From positions 19,902,001 to 19,966,000 of the forward strand of contig OZ024753.1 of the NCBI GenBank assembly GCA_964016885.1: a stretch of 64,000 nt of DNA, read 5' to 3'. Below the pieces are notes generated by a model, which saw nothing but the letters and a program-made list of their open reading frames with translations, was not told where the DNA came from and made no database searches. How positions within the stretch are numbered: the stretch's first letter is position 1; the number at the start of each line of letters is the position of its first letter. Source of the DNA: Eledone cirrhosa (lineage: Eukaryota). A program made the translations under genes and the position numbers. Shown piece after piece: positions 39,304-54,534 of the stretch.

Positions 39304-40478
39304 TTAAATGTATCTTTCTTTCCTCTAAAACAAGAGAGCGCTAAATACTTTTCCCTCTAAATGTATCTTGTCAAGATGATAATGAAATAGTGACATGATA
39401 TCTAGTGTTCCGCTCATACGCGTCATTACATGCTTTTATATTACACATGTAATTAAAACAGAAAAGCTGCTCCCGGCTCTGATAATTCCGTTATCAGCTT
39501 CATACAAGCAATTTCATAGCTTAAAAATCCAACTGTGAATGGTGCATAAGAATTGTTCATTTAACGTCATTCTAAGAATCAAATCGATTGGAAGCTATAA
39601 ACATAAAATACATACACATGCGAATACAAAGATATATACGTGTATATAGATTGTGACCCTTTCTCTTACATAATTAGTAAATCTTTTTTGCTGTTGAAAG
39701 AAGTCACTTTATATAATTTATTTCTAAGAATATACTTTAAATCCAACACATTAGCTTCAGGCAGAAGTTATACAGACAATATACAGACAATATTCAGGAA
39801 ATCAATCAATTAGATAGACTGTATTTTCTATAAAATGAAATGACGAACATGGATAAAGGGACGTTTTTTTTTATTTTCTTTCCTTTTTGCTGTTAAATGT
39901 ATCTTATGAATGAAATGTCTTCTTTTTTATTTTATTTGCTGAACAAGAAACCTGTTTCCTTATTTTCTCTGTCAAACATTTAAATATAAATTGTTTATAC
40001 AAAAATAAAACCCACCCTTAAAGGGGACAACAAATAGGAAATGAAAAGAAAAAAAGTAACAAGAATCAAGCATCGAAATAATCCAAGAGAGAGAAAGACA
40101 TATGTTACACCCCAGTCTGTGTGGTGCCTCAGCTCCACTTCGCCTACAAATATACCAGAGTAGGCTGAAATGTTCATAAGCTGACTATGCGATAGTGATG
40201 CTAGAGCTGTAAAATCTTGCATGTATTAAATTTAACTCGTTTTCTTAACAACTGTGTTTGTTGTTTCTTTTCGGAGAATATGTTGAAAACAAATCTATGT
40301 TCTAAAGAAATTGAATTATGATCGCACTAGGTTAAGGTTACCCAGTACGGGCTCGAACACACGTCTTTTATCAGGCTCTTAAGAACGAGTCACCATGTTT
40401 TAATATAAGGAGGAAATATTAATGCTTCGCTATAATATACATAATCTAAAATCGGAATCCATGTGAATGCTATATTAA

Positions 40479-40546
40479 AGTAGAAAAGCTGCAGCATGTT
40501 AAGCCTGACATCGGTGTCAGGCTTAACATGCTGCAGCTTTTCTACT
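40479..40546. repeat. Perfect 32-bp hairpin with 4-nt loop, followed by a PLE-type tail
   Basis: agtagaaaagctgcagcatgttaagcctgaca-tcgg-tgtcaggcttaacatgctgcagcttttctact. Confidence 0.95.
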
Positions 40547-40981
40547 CGGAATGTAAAGATACTTAATACTGTTGAGTATCCCGTCCAATGCTCGAATTCC
40601 TCTACAAATTCACCGCCATGGTTTTGTGTGGGTGTATGTTGTGTAGAATTACATGTGTATTCATATAGTTGTACGTGTATATGTATGTACGTCTGAATTC
40701 ATATATGCACCCATGTATGTATTTGTGTATGTATGTACGTCTGAATGCATATATGCACGCATGTATGTATTTATGTATGTATGTACGTATGAATGCATAT
40801 ATGCATGTATGTATGTAAGTATGTATGTATGTATATACGTATGTATATATGTACGTATGTATGTATGTACGTATGTACGTTTGAATGCATATATACAAGC
40901 ATGTATGCATTTATGTATGTAAGAATGTATGTATGTACGTATGAATGCATATATGCATGCATGTATGTAAGTATGTATGTA

Positions 40982-41250
40982 TGTTCTGGTTTTATAATTT
41001 CACAAATATTTGCCAATAGAGAGAGAGTCGGTTTCTAACATAGACACAAGACTCTCTCATTGGAATTTACACAACATCAACTAGGTAGATTATGTATGCA
41101 TGTCTGCATGCATGCATGTGTGTGCAGGTATTGATGTTATTGTATGTGTGCATGTGCATACACTTTGTTTCTGTACATGTGTATTTGCAGTTATTACATG
41201 CAGAAATTTCGGAATGTTTTACATATTTTTACTGTTCCATTAATGAGTTG
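40982..41250 (-). mobile_element. 3' end of the R4/Dong-like element in (TACA)n
   Basis: Matches 18500-18780. Confidence 0.88.
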
Positions 41251-41351
41251 AACTTATAGTATGTATGTAAATACGTATATATGTATGTATGGTTGTATAT
41301 ATGTACACACGTATGTATGCATATATGTGTTTTTGTATGCATGCATGTATG

Positions 41352-41748
41352 CAGAGTTGGCGTTGAATGGTGATTGATGGGGTCCATAATTTTCAGGACA
41401 GACGCATAGAACACGAGATTAAACGGGATGTGCGTAATCAATACCCTGGTGTATCTCTCAGAACGATCGGTGTCTTCATTGAATTGAAAAGCCCTGAGTG
41501 TGCAAAAGTCTGCTCGAGCAAAGTCGCAGCCATGTTCAGAAAGAACCAGTGACCTATGATATCCATGGTATTGTGAAGGTTCACAGACAACCTGATGCAA
41601 GACCTCGGGCCAGGGAGATCCATAGTTGTGATCAATGTGCGAAGGAGTGCAAGTTCCTAGCAGGCTTGAAAAGCCATATCCGAGCATCACACATCTGAAT
41701 CTGACAAGTGATTGCAATACTCTTAGTAGAGTTTGCAGCCATCATGTA
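41352..41748 (+). mobile_element. RTE-clade LINE 3' fragment
   Basis: C-terminal zinc-finger-like CDQCAKECKFLAGLKSH; 3' UTR ending gcagccatc plus (ATGT)n. Confidence 0.78.
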
Positions 41749-41824
41749 TGAATATATGTATATATGTATGCATATATGTATTTATGTATGTATGCATGCA
41801 TGTATGTATGTATGCTTTTGTAAA

Positions 41825-41861
41825 CATATTTTAATTTTATTTCATTTCTTTATATTTTTAG
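41825..41861 (+). promoter_or_regulatory. Probable splice acceptor for the GPCR coding exon
   Basis: T-rich tract ending tatatttttAG about 340 nt upstream of the ATG; repeats stop at this point. Confidence 0.55.
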
Positions 41862-42202
41862 ATACAACAGAGAACAAGACAGAAAGGAGAACTCTGAAGT
41901 GAGATTCTACTGCACTGGGACAACACCATAAGAATTGTGGAAAGAAATAATTTTTATAGAATAATGTTGAACGAAATATTAAGAAAATTTTAATGAAAAA
42001 AATAAAAGATATGGGTTTATATTTGATTAGAACTATGTCATGCCTCTAGTCGTGTCCATTGGAACTATATTATCTTGCCAAGAAATGGTGAACATTCCAA
42101 ACTTACCGATGGATTTTCAGAGCATTATACAATAAAATTTGAATATTTGTATAAACTCACTGTCATTTCAACATTTAAATTATAACAACATCTTTTGAAA
42201 TT

Positions 42203-43612
42203 ATGGAGTCTAAGTGGAGCACCGAGACTCCGGTTAAAACAACTGACAATATATCAGACATTTTTCAGTCAGCGCCATCTGGGCATGATAGTCAATTTGT
42301 AGAAGTCATTTGTATGTTGTCTATATTTAGTGTTGTGGGAACGTTTGGAAATTCTATTGTTCTTCATGTTTTCCTACGTCGCAAAGACAAGGTATCATCG
42401 ACAATATTCATTTTATCACTCGCAGGAATCGATTGTATGACTTGCCTGATAATCATCCCGTATACTGTAATCATGGAATACCTCCAATACAAGATAAAAT
42501 ACGAGGCACTTTGTAAAATATACATATTTCTTATAACTTTCAATGTCCCACTCTCTTCATTTGTCATGGTGGCTATTGCATTCGACCGATATTTTTGCAT
42601 TTGTCATTCTCTGAGAAACATAATGAATCGCAGAAGAGCGAAAATCATTGTAATCATTTTGGTCTTATTTGCAGGATGTCTCGGAACATTAACAAGTTTA
42701 ATGCATGCAGTTTACAGATTAATAGATAACACAGGATCTTATTATAATGAATCCACTGTTCCACCAGATTGCTTGACAGATAACACGAACGACTCTTACA
42801 CCATAATTTGCAAACGATATTATGAATATGATTACGAAATAAATGCTTCATCGGATGAACATGGATTGCTGACAAGATCACAACATTCATTACGGAACGC
42901 TATTTCGTCTGTTATGAATACGACAAAGAATATGATAACCTTTACAAACACTGACAAAGAGTTTACCTTTCACTACACAGGCAATTGTGAACCTTCAGAA
43001 ATATTGTTAAGCTTAAGATTTCGTCGCATTTATCAAAAGATATACGCATTTCTATTTTTGGCTGATTTCTGTATAGTTCTTGTGTTATATGTTCTAATAT
43101 ATCGTTTTCTAGTCACTCGTCGAATCCGAAGGCACAAATCACGTTCACTTAGACGACTGACCAGTTTCAACACAAATGATGACGAAGGTGAAACGATGGA
43201 AACAAGATTCCTCTCTGATATGCCAGGACCTTCCCCAGTCGTAGTAGCGGCGGCAGCTGCTGTAGCTGCTGCGTCCTCTTCATCAAGTAGTATCAGACGT
43301 GTGGCAATGAGACATAAAGTCCCTCCAAGGGAGCGTTTATTAATGGCCAATGTTCGCACAGCAGCCATGTTATTCGTTGTCACAATCGTATTTATTATTG
43401 TTTTCCTTCCATCATGGCTAATAGCGTTGAAAATCTTTGAGGGCAATAGTATTGTATTCTATTCATATTTTTTATACAATGTCGTCAATCCATTCATATA
43501 TGCTTTCATGAATCCGATGTTTAAGAAAGAACTGCAGAAAATGTTGTCGTTTCGCAAACAGGTCATCAGGCCACACTGCCTATGGTACACTGATGTGCCC
43601 GCTTCCAGCTGA
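42203..43612 (+). CDS. Class A (rhodopsin-like) GPCR, peptide-receptor-like orphan, 469 aa, intronless CDS
   Basis: Seven hydrophobic segments; GN in TM1, LA..D in TM2, C at the top of TM3, DRY, F..FLP in TM6, NPFIY in TM7, helix 8 FKKEL. Confidence 0.96.
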   Translation: MESKWSTETPVKTTDNISDIFQSAPSGHDSQFVEVICMLSIFSVVGTFGNSIVLHVFLRRKDKVSSTIFILSLAGIDCMTCLIIIPYTVIMEYLQYKIKYEALCKIYIFLITFNVPLSSFVMVAIAFDRYFCICHSLRNIMNRRRAKIIVIILVLFAGCLGTLTSLMHAVYRLIDNTGSYYNESTVPPDCLTDNTNDSYTIICKRYYEYDYEINASSDEHGLLTRSQHSLRNAISSVMNTTKNMITFTNTDKEFTFHYTGNCEPSEILLSLRFRRIYQKIYAFLFLADFCIVLVLYVLIYRFLVTRRIRRHKSRSLRRLTSFNTNDDEGETMETRFLSDMPGPSPVVVAAAAAVAAASSSSSSIRRVAMRHKVPPRERLLMANVRTAAMLFVVTIVFIIVFLPSWLIALKIFEGNSIVFYSYFLYNVVNPFIYAFMNPMFKKELQKMLSFRKQVIRPHCLWYTDVPASS

Positions 43613-43859
43613 TCGTATATCTATAAATAAACAACTTGTATTTTTATAATGCGATGGGCTCAAATTCTACTTAAGAAATGAAAAGTTTGAAACGAGGCTC
43701 AATATTAAATGGAAAACCCTCAGTAGCAGAAACCAGTCTCATAGTATTTTACATAATGTAATTACAAACACAGTATTTATTGCAGATACATATATCATAT
43801 ATACATATATATATATATACATATAAATATATAAACATACATGTAATATCTGCATATGA

Positions 43860-44017
<158 letters not shown>

Positions 44018-44043
44018 GTACAATTCAATATGTATGTATATAA

Positions 44044-44088
<45 letters not shown>

Positions 44089-44326
44089 AATACATACATA
44101 CATATATATATATATGTATATATATATACATATATATATAAATATATGTGTGTGTGTGTGTGTGTGTGTACATGACGTGGTTATTACTTTTATACAAAAG
44201 CATAAAAATAGTTGATCGGAGTTTAATATGCCGTAGCAATTGTTTGCTTCTAAGCCTCTGTTGATGCAACTCTATTATAGAGATTGCTGTACCAAGTGAT
44301 TAGCTATTTGATTCGTATATTTAGTT

Positions 44327-44385
<59 letters not shown>

Positions 44386-45186
44386 TGTACGTTATAACAA
44401 TCATAGTATAGTACATTACTACTCTGCTCATTATAAACATTAAACTCGTCATTGTCAAATTATTTTGTTACGAGATATTTAATCCTACACATGTCTATAT
44501 GATTTGTTAAGAAAATAATAAGAAAACAATGAAATTTATTTTAAGATTATAAATAAATAAATAATGAAAGATCTTCTTTCGAAACATAATAACATATAAC
44601 CGAAGCAAGAGTTAGTACACAGTCTGTTTCAAACAATTACAATTTCTCAACCATGGGAATGTTTTAATTCGCAGTGCACTAGCATGCATAAGTTTTCTAC
44701 TAGAAAAATAAGTGACCACCTATCAACGTACACTACAAACAATATTATAATACAAACCATATTATAATACAAACAATATTATAATGCAAATAGTATTATA
44801 TATTATTTAAGGTGTAAATATACCCAGAAACTACAAACTCATGGAGTGAGTTAATGTTGCAATGTTTAGAAAATTTAAGGAATAATTCTTATCCCAGAAA
44901 CTACCACATATGTTGTGAATTAGTGTTATAATGGTGACAGATTTTAAGGAATAAATAGATATGTTGCTCAACATTAAGCTTGATCAGTGTCATTGTCTTA
45001 AACATTGTAGTTTCTGGGATATTTAATCTGAAATGATGTCAATATTTTGAAGCACAATGTATATATAATGTAGATAATAAATGCGAATCGAGCATTCTCT
45101 AAAGCCCAACGCATAAAGAGGTATAATCATTGAGGCACACCAGAGCATTATACAAAAGACCTAAAGTATGAGAAAGAAGTGTACTG

Positions 45187-45572
<386 letters not shown>

Positions 45573-45835
45573 ATGACAATAAATAGAAAAACAACGAGGA
45601 AGTAGCATCCAAATATATAATTTAAATGGTAATGAAATCACCTGCTGTTAGTCCAACGTCTGCTGAGTTTACCAAGCGATTTCAAGAAATATCCATTGCG
45701 TTCACTGTAAAGTCTATCATTACTATTGGATTACCGAGGTTACAAGAAATCCTAGTAACCGGACCGGTAATAGTAATATATATATCCGTGTGTCTGAAGA
45801 GATAGAAGGGGAAACATGCTCAGTACATAGTTTGA

Positions 45836-45951
<116 letters not shown>

Positions 45952-46136
45952 TGTGTGTGTGTGTGTACGTGTGTGTACGTGTGTGTATGTGAGTGTGTGT
46001 GTGCCTGTGTGTGCGTGCATGTGTGTGTGTGCGTGCATGCGTTTGTATGTGTGTGAGGAGAGAGTATAGTGGGAGTTAGGAGAAGGGCTTTATATAGATA
46101 TATATCAAGATATTGCCTTCATTTACCATATGAAGT

Positions 46137-46167
<31 letters not shown>

Positions 46168-46174
46168 TGTGCCA

Positions 46175-46225
<51 letters not shown>

Positions 46226-46228
<3 letters not shown>

Positions 46229-46451
46229 TGGTTACACAACAGTTAGTTCACCATACCGAGAACAATTGTTTCACCTTAGCGGATCCTCAGCTCGTAATGG
46301 GCAACCATGCCCATTACGAGCTGAGGATCCGCTAAGGTGAAACAATTGTTCTCGGTATGGTGAACTAACTGTGTGTAACCACTTCTACCTAACTCGTCCC
46401 ATGGACTGAGTGCTCTACCACTACGGATATTACCTTCCAGTGTTCCACCAC
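46226..46451 (+). mobile_element. Foldback pLTR of the 37894 PLE family with two hammerheads
   Basis: Arms of about 78 bp, 4-nt loop acca, tail of about 67 nt, (TA)n on both sides. Confidence 0.92.
46311..46360 (+). ncRNA. Minimal type I hammerhead ribozyme motif
   Basis: ccattacgag-CTGAGGA-t-cc-gctaa-gg-t-GAAAC-aatt-GTT-ctcggtatgg. Confidence 0.85.
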
Positions 46452-46475
46452 TATATATATATATTTATTTATATA

Positions 46476-46566
<91 letters not shown>

Positions 46567-46567
46567 C

Positions 46568-46602
<35 letters not shown>

Positions 46603-47018
46603 GAATATATATAAATGTGTGTGTGTGTATATATATATATGTATATATATATATATACATATGTATGTGAGAAAGATTTATTACATATATATAAATAATA
46701 TTTATGTACATTTTTCTTTTTAAATATGTAGATACGTATATGTGTATGTGTGTATGTGATTGGTGAGTGTTGTTTGTGCATGTATGTATTGTGCATGCGT
46801 TTGTGTGTGGATGTATGCAAGCTTGTATGTATATTTGTACGTATGTATAGTTTTATGTCTAAATTCATCGTTCAAGGTAAAATTGAGGGACGTCGAAGGT
46901 GAGACGGACGAAGAAACCCCGGTTCGACATCATAGCCTGGACTGATCAAAACACTAAGACCTGTTTACGCATGACAGGAAATAGAGACCAATGGCGATGG
47001 CTGGCTACGAAATTATAG

Positions 47019-48316
47019 AGTGGCACCCCAACGACTGACTGTACCAGTGGCACATCTAGTGTGGCACCCCAACGACTGATTGTACCAGTGGGACATCTAG
47101 AGTGGCACCCCAACGACTGATTGTACCAGTTGCACATCTAGAGTGGCACCCCAAACTGGCTGTACCAGTGGCACAACTAGAGTGGGACCCCAACGACTGG
47201 CTGTACCAGGGGCACATATAGAGTGGCACCCCAACGACTCGCTGTATCAGTGGCATATCTAGTGTGGAACCCCAATGAGTGGCTGTATCAGTGGCACATC
47301 TAGAGTGGTACACCAATGACTGGTTGTACCAGTGACACATCTAGAGTGGCACACCAATGACTGGCTCTACCAGTGGCACATCAAGAGTGGCACCACAATG
47401 ACTGGCTTACCAGTGGCACGTCTAGAGTGGTACCCCTACCACTGACTGTACCAGTGGCACACCTAGAGTGGTACAACAATGACTGGCTGTACCAGTGGCA
47501 CATTTGAGTGGCACCCCAATGACTGACTGTACCAGTGAGACACATCTAGAGTGGTACCCCAACAACAGGCAATACCAATGACACATCTAGTGTGGAACTC
47601 CAATGACTGACTGTACCAGTGACCCATCTAGTGTGGCACCCCAACGACTGGCTTTACAAGTGGCACATCTAGATTGGCACAGCAATGACTGTCTGTACCA
47701 GTGGCACATCTTCAGTGGCACCCCAATGACTGGTTGTACCAGTGGCACATCTAGAGTGGCACCCCAACAACTGGCTGTACCATTGGCACATCAAGTGTGG
47801 AACCCCAACAACTGACTGTACCAGTGGCACATCTAGAGTGGCACCTCAACGACTGGCTGCACCAGTGGCACATCTAGAATGGCACCCCAACGACTGGCTG
47901 CACCAGTGGCACATCTAGAGTGGCACCCCAACGACTGGCTGCACTAGTGGGACATCTAGATTGGCACCCCAACGACTGATTGTACCAGTTGCACATCTAG
48001 AGTGGTACCCCAAACTGGCTGTACCAGTGGCACAACTAGAGTGGGACCCCAACGACTCGCTGTATCAGTGGCACATCTAGTGTGGAACCACAATGGGTGG
48101 CTGTATCAGTGGCACATCTAGTGTGGTACCCCAACGACTGGCTGTAGCAGTGGCACATCTAGAGTGGTACACCAATGACTGGTTGTGCCAGTGACACATC
48201 AAGAGTGGCACCACAATGACTGGCTCTACCAGTGGCACATCAAGAGTGGCACCACAATGACTGGCTTACCAGTGGCACGTCTAGAGTGGTACCCCTACCA
48301 CTGACTGCACCAGTTG
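47019..48316. repeat. 40-bp minisatellite (GTACCAGTGGCACATCTAGAGTGGCACCCCAACGACTGGCT-like), about 32 units
   Basis: Contiguous tandem units with no unique spacers. Confidence 0.97.
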
Positions 48317-48552
48317 CAGGAAGATCGTTGATAGATTGAGTCCGGCAAGATCCTCTGGAGAGGTGGAACTCGATGACAATAACACCTCTGATCGTCACAA
48401 CTGTCCAGTCTTGTCAGTGGACACCACACTGCAGGCGGAGTGGGTGTTAACTGTGCAGCACAAGCACGTGGAATTGCTATATTTATATGCAGATATTTCT
48501 CAACAAAGCCTGCCCAGGCATGAAACTGGACAGCAGTTGGTGGTGATTAATA

Positions 48553-48667
48553 CTTGTTTCTACGTTCGGCAAAAGGCCAGCAAATACCCAGTACATTACT
48601 GGTACTTTATTTTATCGACCCTGTAAGGATGAAGGGCAAAGTTAACCTCGGCGGGATTTTAACTCAG
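48553..48667 (-). mobile_element. SINE (5'-truncated)
   Basis: Core and 3' end match the family. Confidence 0.88.
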
Positions 48668-49130
48668 TCCGTAGCAGGGAATTTGTTGAAGGGATGACAA
48701 TCTTCTGTAACTAAATGGCAGTTATTATGTCTGTCTGTATAGGTTCAAACATACATGCATCAATGCAGGTATGCGTGTTTATGTATGCAGGTATGTATGT
48801 ATGCATGTATGTATGCATGTATGTGTGTATATCTATGCATGTATGTATGTATGTGTGTATGTATATGTATGCAGGTATGTGTGTATATTTATGCATGCAG
48901 GTATGTATGTATGCATGTATGTGTGTAAATGTATGCATGTATGTGTGTATGTAGATTTTATTTGGAAACAATGACAAAGCACAACATCCGAATTGCCAAA
49001 TCGAACTAATCCATGTTTTATAGTAAATACTGAAGTCGTCTGTTATAAAGTTCTCTGTCACGTGGGCAACGTTCATGAAAGATATATCGATGTACAAGAT
49101 ATAAGTATAAAGATAGATTAACGAATAATA

Positions 49131-49306
49131 ATTGTTTCTACTTTTCGCACAAGGCCAGCAATTACCCTGTGCATTACTGGTAATTTATTTTATCGACCCG
49201 GGCAAAGTTAACCTCGGCGGGATTTGAACTGAGATTATAAAGGGAAGTAACTCTATGCTTCAAAGCATGGCGTACGACCCTCTACCGATACTGCCAAGCC
49301 ACCACC
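49131..49306 (-). mobile_element. SINE (main family, small internal deletion)
   Basis: TSD ttaacgaataataat. Confidence 0.9.
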
Positions 49307-49420
49307 TTTAACGAATAATAATGAAACAACATATCACGTGGGAAGAAAATGGTATATCGTGTCCAACGTATATCTATCTACACATAAGTGTGAGACGTAT
49401 AAGTATGGTTATATATATAC

Positions 49421-49477
<57 letters not shown>

Positions 49478-49545
49478 CATATATATAAATATATATGTAT
49501 GTATGAATGGATGTATGTATGTATATATATGTTTTGTGAGTGCAT

Positions 49546-49607
<62 letters not shown>

Positions 49608-50573
49608 GAGATAGTGAGAGAGAGAGAGAAAAGAGATAGATAGAAAGAGAGAGAGAGATTAATATATTTACAAACATGACCACACTGACATTAATTTGCT
49701 TTTTCTCTAAGCAATTATCTTTACGTATATTTTGATGAAAATACGTTTCTGATCTGATATTGGAGAGATGAAGACTAACTTATTGTTGTACAAAGAAACC
49801 TATGACTGTACAACAAAAACATAATCACTAATGTGCATGTGGTAGTGAGAAAGTTTGAAAATCAGACTGGAATATGAAATCTTTGTTCTGTAAACCATTT
49901 ATACACATTTATACAGACAACAACGGTGTACATAAAATCTAGTACTATATTTAGAAATGCAGCAAATTACAAGATCATTTCAAATGAAAAATCGATAATC
50001 AACACTCACAGTTTCAATTGAATGCGCTCATTTTGTTGAAGAGCGGGAAAAGATTTCTCCTCGGTTTATTCCTGGTTTAATTCAATTTTACCCGTCTTAC
50101 TTCTGTCTGTATCTGGGTAGTAATATTATCGGTACAATGTTTAAAACATCAGTGGATGTACCCATCGATCCTGGTTCGAATCTCTACTGAAACTAATTTT
50201 ATATTTATTTACTGAAAAGAATAAATTAATAAGGCATTACTAATGCCCCCCTTGCCCTCCTATAAAACTTCAACCGGCTTACAGACCGAATAAGAAAACA
50301 ATAACATATGCTCTGTCTTCACCACATCCCATTGTTTTCAGTATATAAAGACTTACAGTGTTAGTCCAGGAGAATTTGTAAATGAATGATGAAATAATCG
50401 CAATGTTTTTTATATTAATATATATATGTATATATGTGTGTGTCTGTATGTACATGTATATATATATATAAAGTTATTAAAAAGTTAATGTTACAGGAGG
50501 AGTTCTGTTTTTTTTTTGTTTCTTTTTTACAGTTCAATGTTTTTCCTATATATATATATATATATATATATAA

Positions 50574-50875
50574 ATTATAAAGAAAATGAAAAATCAGTAA
50601 TGCATCTGGACTTAGTTTATTTCGTGTTACAAATGTTTCGGACATAACACCCGTGTCTGAAAGAACCCAAAGAAATAGAATCAGCCAGATCCATACAAGG
50701 ACCATGACTCGATCTACATGCCGGCGAAACATTTGTAACACGAAATAAACTAAGTCCAGATGCATTACTGATTTTTCATTTTCTTTATAATATCTACACT
50801 CTACTCTGATGAATATCGAGTGCTAATTTTGACATACAGCCTATGGAAGGACCATAGCTACCACTATACACAACT
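50574..50875 (+). mobile_element. Foldback pLTR with hammerhead motif (50652-50742) and tail
   Basis: Arms 50574-50640 and 50725-50791; cgtgt-CTGAAAGA..GAAAC-attt-GTA-acacg. Confidence 0.8.
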
Positions 50876-50923
50876 ATATATATATATAATATAAGACCAA
50901 AAGATGGTTAAAAGAGTTCCATG

Positions 50924-50994
50924 TATTTTATTATGCTCATTTCAAAAACAAATATCATCATGGGTTGATATTTGCGTTCTCATCAGATAAAATA
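50924..50994 (-). ncRNA. Type I hammerhead ribozyme motif
   Basis: tattttat-CTGATGA-gaac.caaatatc/gatatttg.tttt-GAAA-tgagca-TA-ataaaata. Confidence 0.85.
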
Positions 50995-51063
50995 GGGAGA
51001 CATGATATGAAGCTTAAAAAACACTTGCGAGCAGTGAAGTGTTAAATCAATATATCTATATTT

Positions 51064-51354
<291 letters not shown>

Positions 51355-51405
51355 AATATAGTTACCTACTTTATCTTAGGTGTTTGTCGCATATAATCCT
51401 GTCTC

Positions 51406-51483
51406 CTGCTGAAGATGCCTATGATTTATCTGTTACAAACATAAATTTCAGGGCGAAACACATTAAATCAGTAATCTGTCCAG
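51406..51483 (+). ncRNA. Type I hammerhead ribozyme motif with long stem III
   Basis: ctg-CTGAAGA-t-gcc/ggc-GAAAC-acatta/taatct-GTC-cag. Confidence 0.8.
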
Positions 51484-51627
51484 AAGATCCATAGTTATTG
51501 AAATGGTTTCTACATTTTAATTCATTTTTTATCTTGTATTTTTCCGTTTCTTGTATTTTCATACCAAGGTGGTTTTCCAGACCTCGTAATTTTAAACACA
51601 CATCTGTTTATTTCTATATATTATATA

Positions 51628-51711
<84 letters not shown>

Positions 51712-51718
<7 letters not shown>

Positions 51719-51925
51719 CAGATTAAAGCTTAAGCAACGAATCGCTGCTTTCAGCCTTAATGGGATCTTCTGAAACCCGTTAAGGGTGAAAGCAGGGAAT
51801 CTTTGCTTAAACTTTAATCTGTTATTTTAATAAATATTTGCACTACGGTTCTTATATATTTGACATATATTTATCCTTATCGAGCCCTCTTTGGATTTTA
51901 GTCTTCAAATTTATTATTATTACTA
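51712..51925 (+). mobile_element. Short foldback of family B
   Basis: Arms 51712-51764 and 51776-51828, tail of about 95 nt. Confidence 0.85.
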
Positions 51926-51962
51926 TATATATATATGTATATATATTATATATATATATATA

Positions 51963-53357
<1,395 letters not shown>

Positions 53358-54382
53358 CTATCTAAGGCGGGTAAAACTCCCGAGATCCATGGACGAGTTC
53401 TCTCCAGCGGTCTCTGTCCATCATTATCGCTGTCATGTCCTGCCTCTCCTACAGACCAGTGTCTGTCCTTAGGGCATCAACATACATTAACCTTGGTCTT
53501 CCTCTTCTAGTGTGTCTTTGTAGGAGCTCCCACAGGAGCACTGAGTGCAATGTCAACTCTGGATGTCGGTGAGCATGTCCAGCTTACATCAGTCTCCTCT
53601 GTGTCACTTTTGAGCTGACATTTGGGAGGCTCCCATACAGATCTGAGTTTTTCATCCTCAGTGTATACTGATTAATGTTCAGAGCCATCCTCAGCATTCT
53701 CGTGTAGCACCCATCGACCATCTGAGTGAAGATCTTACTGGCTTATGGAATCCCCAAGAAGATAGTGAACCTCATATCACTGCTCTACACCAACACCAAA
53801 GCTAAGTCATTACACCTGATGGGATGACAGAGTTATTTGAGATACTGGCTGGAGTGCTCCAAGGAGATACATTGGCTCCCTACCCTTTTATCATCGTAGT
53901 GGACTATTGTATGCGCCTGTACTGGATAAACACCAGGACTCAGGCTTTACTGTAGCACCGGCTCAAAGTGGGAGAGTTAAGGCGAAAAAGGTATCGGATG
54001 GTGAATTTGCCGACGACATAGTTTTGGTGACAAATACAGTGAAGGAGGCAGAGGATTTGATGCGGGAGGTTGAGACTGTTTCGATGAGTGTGGGGCTGAG
54101 AATGAATGAGACTAAAACAAAATATCTCTTAGAGAATGTTGAGAAGCCAGGGGGGATCACTAATGTAGGCGGGAAGCCGCTAGAATTGGTTGAGGGCTTC
54201 CTGTATTTGGGAGCAAAGATTGGGAATACGGAAGATGATGTGGTTGAGAGGAAGAGCAAAGCCTGGGCGGTGTGCCACAGCTTGAGATCGATGTGGAAGT
54301 CGGACCTTCGTAAAGATCTGAAAATCCGCCTCGTCATTGCTGTAGTGGAGTCTGTGCTGCTGTACGGGTCTGAGACTAGGAC
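53358..54382 (-). mobile_element. RTE-like LINE, 5'-truncated with twin-priming inversion
   Basis: 3' part (-) 53358-53729; inverted part (+) 53727-54382 with GVLQGD, FADD, FLYLG, LLYGSET; TSD attattactat. Confidence 0.9.
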
Positions 54383-54488
54383 ATTATTACTATATATTTA
54401 TATATGATAAAGAACACAAGAGCGTCTACAACATCAACATATTTTTATTGGCTTACAATGTTTCTTCCTTACATAACCTAAGTATATA

Positions 54489-54526
<38 letters not shown>

Positions 54527-54534
<8 letters not shown>

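Noticed and set aside
42364-43446. Three antisense ORFs over the GPCR
   Set aside because: Shadow frames with no recognisable motifs
44725-45025. Short direct and inverted repeats downstream of the GPCR
   Set aside because: Degenerate and AT-rich; no assignable element or function
47019-48316. CRISPR-like array
   Set aside because: Units are contiguous with no unique spacers, there are no cas genes, and the context is eukaryotic
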